A stretch of DNA of 64,000 nucleotides, from contig CAZSYD010000007.1 in NCBI GenBank assembly GCA_964611355.1, positions 1-64,000 of the forward strand, given 5' to 3'. The notes beneath the pieces were generated by a model. It did no database searches. It was not told the origin of the DNA and was given only the letters and a program-made list of their open reading frames with translations. This stretch comes from an uncultured Ignavibacteriales bacterium. Lineage in GTDB: Bacteria > Zixibacteria > MSB-5A5 > GN15 > JAAZOE01. Both the position numbers and the translations under genes were made by a program. Shown here piece after piece: positions 59,536 through 64,000 of this stretch (positions are counted from its first letter, which is position 1; the number at the start of each line of letters is the position of its first letter).

Positions 59536-60714
59536 CTATTTTAACCCGAACAGGCGTTTGATGAATGATCGTTTCCCGGGCGGCTTTTCAGCTCTCAGGG
59601 GCGGTTCCATTCGCGGCGCACCCGTCGGGGTTACATTCCTTTCCGGTTGACTATCTCCGCCAAATGCAGCGGCCGCTTCAGAATTGCGGGCAATACCGAC
59701 GCTACCGGAATCCAAGGGCCCACCTATACGAGCGGAGTCATGATGTCTTCTCCGATTCATCCGCTGTTCATCCTCCATCGTATTTCCAGGGAAGGGACGA
59801 GACACCGGTTCAACCCTGACCGAGGGTTGAACATCCGGTTGAGCGGGCGCCGGTTGCCGGGGTTCCGGATTCCGGACAACTTCCTGTCTTACCGGAGTCA
59901 ATTCCGGCTGAGGCACCGGTTGGCGCGCAACGGGGGCGACCGTCTCCTGACGAATATGCTCCGGACGTGCGGGCTCCTGATATACCGGTTCACTAATTTC
60001 CTTATAGGCCGCCTGGACAGGCAGAGGCAGAGGCTGAGATATTGGTCGAGGGGGCGGCGAGACCGCTGCAGGTTGCGGCTGCGTCGGTTGCGGCGCTTGT
60101 CCGGCGGCAGTTGCAGTGGACGGAACGGTACCGCCCGATTTGGCCTTTTCCAGAACCAGCTTCAGAATACATTTCAAAGTATCAAATACGCCGAACCCTT
60201 CGGTGGCCGAAGCCCTAAATTCCATCCAGCCGTGCGGATTAATCGTCGGGTTCATCTGCTCCGGGGTAAGAATTCCGGGCAGATCTTGTTTGTTATATTG
60301 AATAACGACCGGTATATCTTCCAATTTATATCCGTACTCAGTCAGATTTTCCTTGAGATTATTAAACGATTCGATGTTTTCATCCATTTTGTCGGGTTGA
60401 GAATCGGCCACAAAAACCAGACCGTCAACCCCTCGCAGAACCAGTTTGCGGGTAGCATTATAATACACCTGCCCGGGGACGGTATAGAGCTGAAACTTGG
60501 CGGCAAAGCCGTTTATAGTACCGATATTTATCGGTAAAAAATCGAAGTAGAGGGTCCGATCGGCATCGGTGGCAAGCGAAATCAGTTTCCCCTTGGTATC
60601 CGGGGGAACCTTTTTATGGACATACTGCAGGTTGGTCGTCTTGCCCGATAAACCCGGCCCATAGTAGACAATCTTGCAACTGACCTCTCTGGAGGCGTAA
60701 TTTATTGAAACCAT
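59536..60714 (-). CDS. mglA: MglA-family small GTPase with a ~200 aa C-terminal extension
   Basis: YYGPGLSGKTTN (G1), DRTLYFDF (intrinsic Arg), TVPGQ, NKQD and SAT. Confidence 0.93.
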   Translation of the reverse strand: MVSINYASREVSCKIVYYGPGLSGKTTNLQYVHKKVPPDTKGKLISLATDADRTLYFDFLPINIGTINGFAAKFQLYTVPGQVYYNATRKLVLRGVDGLVFVADSQPDKMDENIESFNNLKENLTEYGYKLEDIPVVIQYNKQDLPGILTPEQMNPTINPHGWMEFRASATEGFGVFDTLKCILKLVLEKAKSGGTVPSTATAAGQAPQPTQPQPAAVSPPPRPISQPLPLPVQAAYKEISEPVYQEPARPEHIRQETVAPVARQPVPQPELTPVRQEVVRNPEPRQPAPAQPDVQPSVRVEPVSRPFPGNTMEDEQRMNRRRHHDSARIGGPLDSGSVGIARNSEAAAAFGGDSQPERNVTPTGAPRMEPPLRAEKPPGKRSFIKRLFGLK

Positions 60715-60724
60715 CTTTCCGCTT

Positions 60725-61075
60725 TCACTTAATCGCTTCCTGCCGGCTTAGCTTGCTAATCGCGTTTTTGATCTCCAGTCGAACCAGTCCGATGTTAACC
60801 TCCGGTTCCGCCACGACAACCAGAATGCCTATTTCGGCATCGCAGAAAAACATCTTGGCATTATCGGCTTCAATCGTCACCTGAGTCAGTGGCCTTGATT
60901 CAAGACGCTCCAGCGACTTTTGAATATTGGAGGTTATGGACGCGGCAAGGGCACCGATGGCTTCCTCATCATACCGGGTGTTGAGATCGGCTGCGATCAC
61001 AATTCCATCGTTGCCCACGACCATGCTGCCGATGATCCCGCTTGTTTTGTTTAATACCTCAAGAATTTGATACAT
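60725..61075 (-). CDS. Stand-alone roadblock/LC7 protein
   Basis: GIIGSMVVGNDGIVIA...IGALAA...NIGLVRLEI; GGAGG RBS before ATG 61075. Confidence 0.88.
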   Translation of the reverse strand: MYQILEVLNKTSGIIGSMVVGNDGIVIAADLNTRYDEEAIGALAASITSNIQKSLERLESRPLTQVTIEADNAKMFFCDAEIGILVVVAEPEVNIGLVRLEIKNAISKLSRQEAIK

Positions 61076-62063
61076 AGCGTTCCTCCGCCCTGGCAAACAT
61101 CGCCGGGCTATACCGTTCACTCATATATTTTCGAACCATATCCGCCGCCTGGGCAATGCGGATATGGATTGTTTCATCGATATCCCTATCCGCCAGAATC
61201 ATCAGATTTACGTGTTCAATACGCCTTAGGATTACCCTTATTCTGTGTGTGCTCAGGTCTATTCTTTCCGCTGATTCCTTGTGTTCGAACCGCTCCAGCA
61301 GGTCACGGCAGGCCTGTCTTAACATGATTGCCAGAGGGGCCCACATTTCAACATCGTCGCCGTTCCGATCATAGCGGGCCAGAAGCAACCCTTCCTCGTC
61401 AACCAGCAAAGCCATTTGGACGGCGTTTAATTCGCCGAGGTAAGCTACAGCCCTCTCAAACTGGTTTTCATCGGCGGTATAGGCTGACGCCTGAGCGCCC
61501 GCCCTGACGCTATTCGGGACCGCCTCTTCTCGCCGGTCGTTAGCCGTTCCCCCGCCGACCGCAATCTCGTTCACGGCCGGATAAGCCTGATATTTGGTCG
61601 GTATATTGTCCGGGTAAATGACCGGCTTGGAAGCCGGTTCGGCACGGGAGGTTTTTTCTTTCCCGGCAGGCATCATTTGTTCCGCCAGACTCAGGTAAAA
61701 CGGTCGCATGATGAATGGAGCCGCGATTACGTGCAAAATCACTCCGGGCAGATATTTTGTCATACCGAGCGAGAACGAAACGGAACTACCAAGACCGTAC
61801 ATTATAATTATGGCCAGTCCAAAGGCCGCTCCCAAAGCCATCCGGTATACAAGCGTTAAGGCCGAACTGACCATCAGGGCAGCCAGCGTGGTCTCGCGGC
61901 GGAAAAGAAAATAAACAAACCCGTAAAAGAGAAATTCGTAAAGCATATTAACAGCCGAGCCGCCGGCCAGCGGCAATCCCAGGCGGTTGGGGAAAATGAC
62001 AATAGGAATGACCACCAGGATCAACGAGAACAACAAAATCAGTCGTCTGCTATTTTTATCCAT
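61059..62063 (-). CDS. Membrane protein (about 4 TM) with a C-terminal roadblock-like domain
   Basis: Hydrophobic first ~125 aa, a low-complexity linker, then VQMALLVDEEGLLLA... roadblock pattern. Confidence 0.75.
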   Translation of the reverse strand: MDKNSRRLILLFSLILVVIPIVIFPNRLGLPLAGGSAVNMLYEFLFYGFVYFLFRRETTLAALMVSSALTLVYRMALGAAFGLAIIIMYGLGSSVSFSLGMTKYLPGVILHVIAAPFIMRPFYLSLAEQMMPAGKEKTSRAEPASKPVIYPDNIPTKYQAYPAVNEIAVGGGTANDRREEAVPNSVRAGAQASAYTADENQFERAVAYLGELNAVQMALLVDEEGLLLARYDRNGDDVEMWAPLAIMLRQACRDLLERFEHKESAERIDLSTHRIRVILRRIEHVNLMILADRDIDETIHIRIAQAADMVRKYMSERYSPAMFARAEERYVSNS

Positions 62064-62084
62064 ACCAACTGTCTCCCGGCAGTA

Positions 62085-62993
62085 TCAGGCGGAAAGGCGC
62101 GGCAAGAGTGACGTCAACTTCATCTTCAAAGAACCAAGGTTGACAGTTTCCGAGCATACCACGGCCAGAAGCCGGCCGCAGGCGCCCGCCATATACGTCA
62201 ATGAACCATCCGTTTCGATCATCATCGACTGCAAATCGCCAAATCCGCTTTCGCGCATCTGGATGGTACTGTACTTGGCCGTTTCGGCCGCCAGGGCGGC
62301 TACCAGATCGGTTTCGCCCGGAATATTCCATTCCGCCTCGATTACCAGACCGTCAGCATTAACCAATAGAACTCCTTCAACTCCCGGCGTTCCGACCAGC
62401 GACCGCAGCATCTGCTTAAAATCAATATCCGGTTGTGGCGGCGCTTCCGCAGGTGCAGGGGGCGGCGGCGGGGAGAATTGCGGAGCCTTTTGTACGGCCA
62501 CAGGCGAAGTCGCGGAATATGCCGCGGAGGCGGGTTCCGGTGTGACGGCGGCCCGACCGCTATGATCGACGTTGAGCGGAATCTTTCTGGCAATCTCAAG
62601 AAGCTTTTTTATCTGATCATTTTCGGGGTCTGCCCGGTGCAGTTTCTCAAGTAATCGGCAGGCCTTATTGAACTCGCCTTTATATATATGGATTTCCGAC
62701 AGGAGCAGTTCGGCGGCCCGGGTAGTCCCATCCAGTTCGATCGCCTTCTCAACCTCGGCCTCCGCCCAATCGTATAGCCCCTTATCCATGTTAATTTTGG
62801 CCATAACCATATGGGCGGAACCGTAGTTCGTATGTATTTTAAGACCATTCTGACAGATACGAAAGGCTTTATCCAATTCCCCCTTTTTGCGGTGCGCATC
62901 AGCCAGGGCGGCAAAAATTTGCGAACCCGGATTCTGATCCAGGATTTTATTGCACTTGGCAATTCTATCATCTATGTCTGACCGGTCAATCAT
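62085..62993 (-). CDS. TPR + Pro-rich linker + roadblock/LC7 protein
   Basis: PGSQIFAALADAHRKKG TPRs, a PPPPP linker, then PGVEGVLLVNADGLVI...NLGSLKM. Confidence 0.82.
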   Translation of the reverse strand: MIDRSDIDDRIAKCNKILDQNPGSQIFAALADAHRKKGELDKAFRICQNGLKIHTNYGSAHMVMAKINMDKGLYDWAEAEVEKAIELDGTTRAAELLLSEIHIYKGEFNKACRLLEKLHRADPENDQIKKLLEIARKIPLNVDHSGRAAVTPEPASAAYSATSPVAVQKAPQFSPPPPPAPAEAPPQPDIDFKQMLRSLVGTPGVEGVLLVNADGLVIEAEWNIPGETDLVAALAAETAKYSTIQMRESGFGDLQSMMIETDGSLTYMAGACGRLLAVVCSETVNLGSLKMKLTSLLPRLSA

Positions 62994-63086
62994 TCTTTTA
63001 TTCCGCTATGAATAAGGCCATCCCATACTTTTTCGTTATCGAACGGATAATAACCGATGGCCAAATTTCAGTCAAACAAAATCGAA

Positions 63087-63449
63087 TTATCCCAAAACCT
63101 TGCGGGTTTGGAATAATCCTATAAACCAAAGCGTTACCGTGGCCAGATACATTATTCCCGCTACGTCAAAAGTAATGGTAAAAAAGCCCAGTTTTTCGGC
63201 AAGAACAAATACCTGACCCGCCGCCAGGGTAATAAACGATACGACGAACAACTGCCAGCCTCGGGCCAGAGCCCCGCCCCTGACCAGTCCAAGCAACTTA
63301 ATCGCGACGCCAAGACAGGCTGCCGCGCCGATCAGGATGATTAGATTCAGCATCACCGGTACCTGGGCCAGGCTGGAAAAATCAGCGGCTGCGGCGCGAT
63401 TGGACGACAGGAAAACGATCGCCGCCGCGGTTATCAAAAGTTTACGCAT
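63087..63449 (-). CDS. Small membrane protein (signal-like N-terminus + 3 TM)
   Basis: Hydrophobic ORF translationally coupled (TAATG overlap) to the upstream gene. Confidence 0.65.
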   Translation of the reverse strand: MRKLLITAAAIVFLSSNRAAAADFSSLAQVPVMLNLIILIGAAACLGVAIKLLGLVRGGALARGWQLFVVSFITLAAGQVFVLAEKLGFFTITFDVAGIMYLATVTLWFIGLFQTRKVLG

Positions 63450-64000
63450 TATGACGCACCTGTAAGCATTTTAACGGTTCGTTCGGCTTTCCGGATCGAG
63501 TCATAAAGGTTTTCGTCCAGCCGATATTTCTTAACCAGTTCACGACGCAACGCCAATGGCTCGGAGATTTCCTTTTTCACGTGGCCGATGGCCTCATGGA
63601 ACAGTTCCTGTCCCAGACGGTCAAAAATATATTCGAGCTGCTGGTGAAGCATATCTTCGAGCACGGTAAGCAGCCTATGCAAGCGCACCGATTCCGGAAT
63701 CTTTCGCGCCTCGGTCAGGAACTTTTCGAATGACGGCCCCGAGTCCGACCTTATATCCCAACCGGGGAAAAAGACCAATACCCCGTGACGGAAACCCGAC
63801 ATAAACCGAGAATAGTCGGGATTGGACACCCCTACCATACTTTCTACTACTTTGCGAATCCTCAGAAAGCAGGCGTTGTAAAGCCTGAAAATAATGCCCA
63901 AGATGATTTCTTCTTCATCCTCTCCGGGGCCGATATCCTCGCCCGAAGCCCGCCCAGCGCCTTCCACCAGGCCGCTAACAACCAGCTTATACAAGGCCCG
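63449..64000 (-). CDS. C-terminal part of a hypothetical protein, possibly DUF4388(PatA-N)-type; starts beyond the window
   Basis: Open frame to the window edge; RALYKLVVSGLVE resembles the winged-helix end seen in DUF4388 proteins. Confidence 0.5.
   Translation of the reverse strand, partial: RALYKLVVSGLVEGAGRASGEDIGPGEDEEEIILGIIFRLYNACFLRIRKVVESMVGVSNPDYSRFMSGFRHGVLVFFPGWDIRSDSGPSFEKFLTEARKIPESVRLHRLLTVLEDMLHQQLEYIFDRLGQELFHEAIGHVKKEISEPLALRRELVKKYRLDENLYDSIRKAERTVKMLTGAS

Noticed and set aside
63036..63062. Third sigma28-like site before the TPR-roadblock gene
   Set aside because: Only a partial -10 box (TTCGATAA) with no TAAG at the 15 bp spacing.
1..64000. CRISPR arrays, IS/transposases, integrases, prophage, rRNA
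   Set aside because: No spaced direct repeats or diagnostic protein motifs seen; anything beyond the tRNA 3' end lies outside the window.

Overview
Bacterial chromosomal window, about 50% GC, with two 100-N scaffold gaps at 45740-45839 and 48269-48368. Almost all genes lie on the minus strand. A large secreted protein carrying a dockerin and an FlgD/T9SS-like tail, plus LPS heptose genes and a type IV pilus locus, suggest a diderm of the FCB neighbourhood; Candidatus Zixibacteria is my inference. In coordinate order the window holds: tRNA-Leu(GAG), secG, tpiA, pgk, gap, an outer-membrane beta-barrel, and two tandem phosphofructokinases (one PPi-type, one ATP-type); rodA-mrdA-mreD-mreC without mreB, PTS IIA and accA; a roughly 13 kb lipid-linked glycosylation locus with two GT-C enzymes; a roughly 1190 aa secreted beta-helix/cohesin/dockerin protein; pyrR-pyrB-pyrC with a visible PyrR attenuator; a fused ECF ATPase; gcvPB/gcvPA/gcvH; accC, a pilT/pilU paralog, accB and pepP; hldC/hldA, ltaE and a PPIase; pilS-pilC-pilT-pilB; and an expanded MglA/MglB-roadblock cluster running off the window end. 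Strongest findings: (1) a selenoprotein missed by the ORF track (signal peptide + thioredoxin W-U-S-W-C + TPR, with an in-frame TGA and a SECIS-like hairpin) inserted between gcvPA and gcvPB; (2) a T4P-linked small-GTPase module with four roadblock proteins (one membrane-anchored, one TPR-fused) and an MglA with a long Pro-rich tail ending in a MinD-like amphipathic helix; (3) a candidate ECF-sigma-driven sRNA; (4) two identical sigma28-like promoters. No CRISPR array, rRNA or mobile element was seen. All calls come from reading motifs by eye, with no database search.
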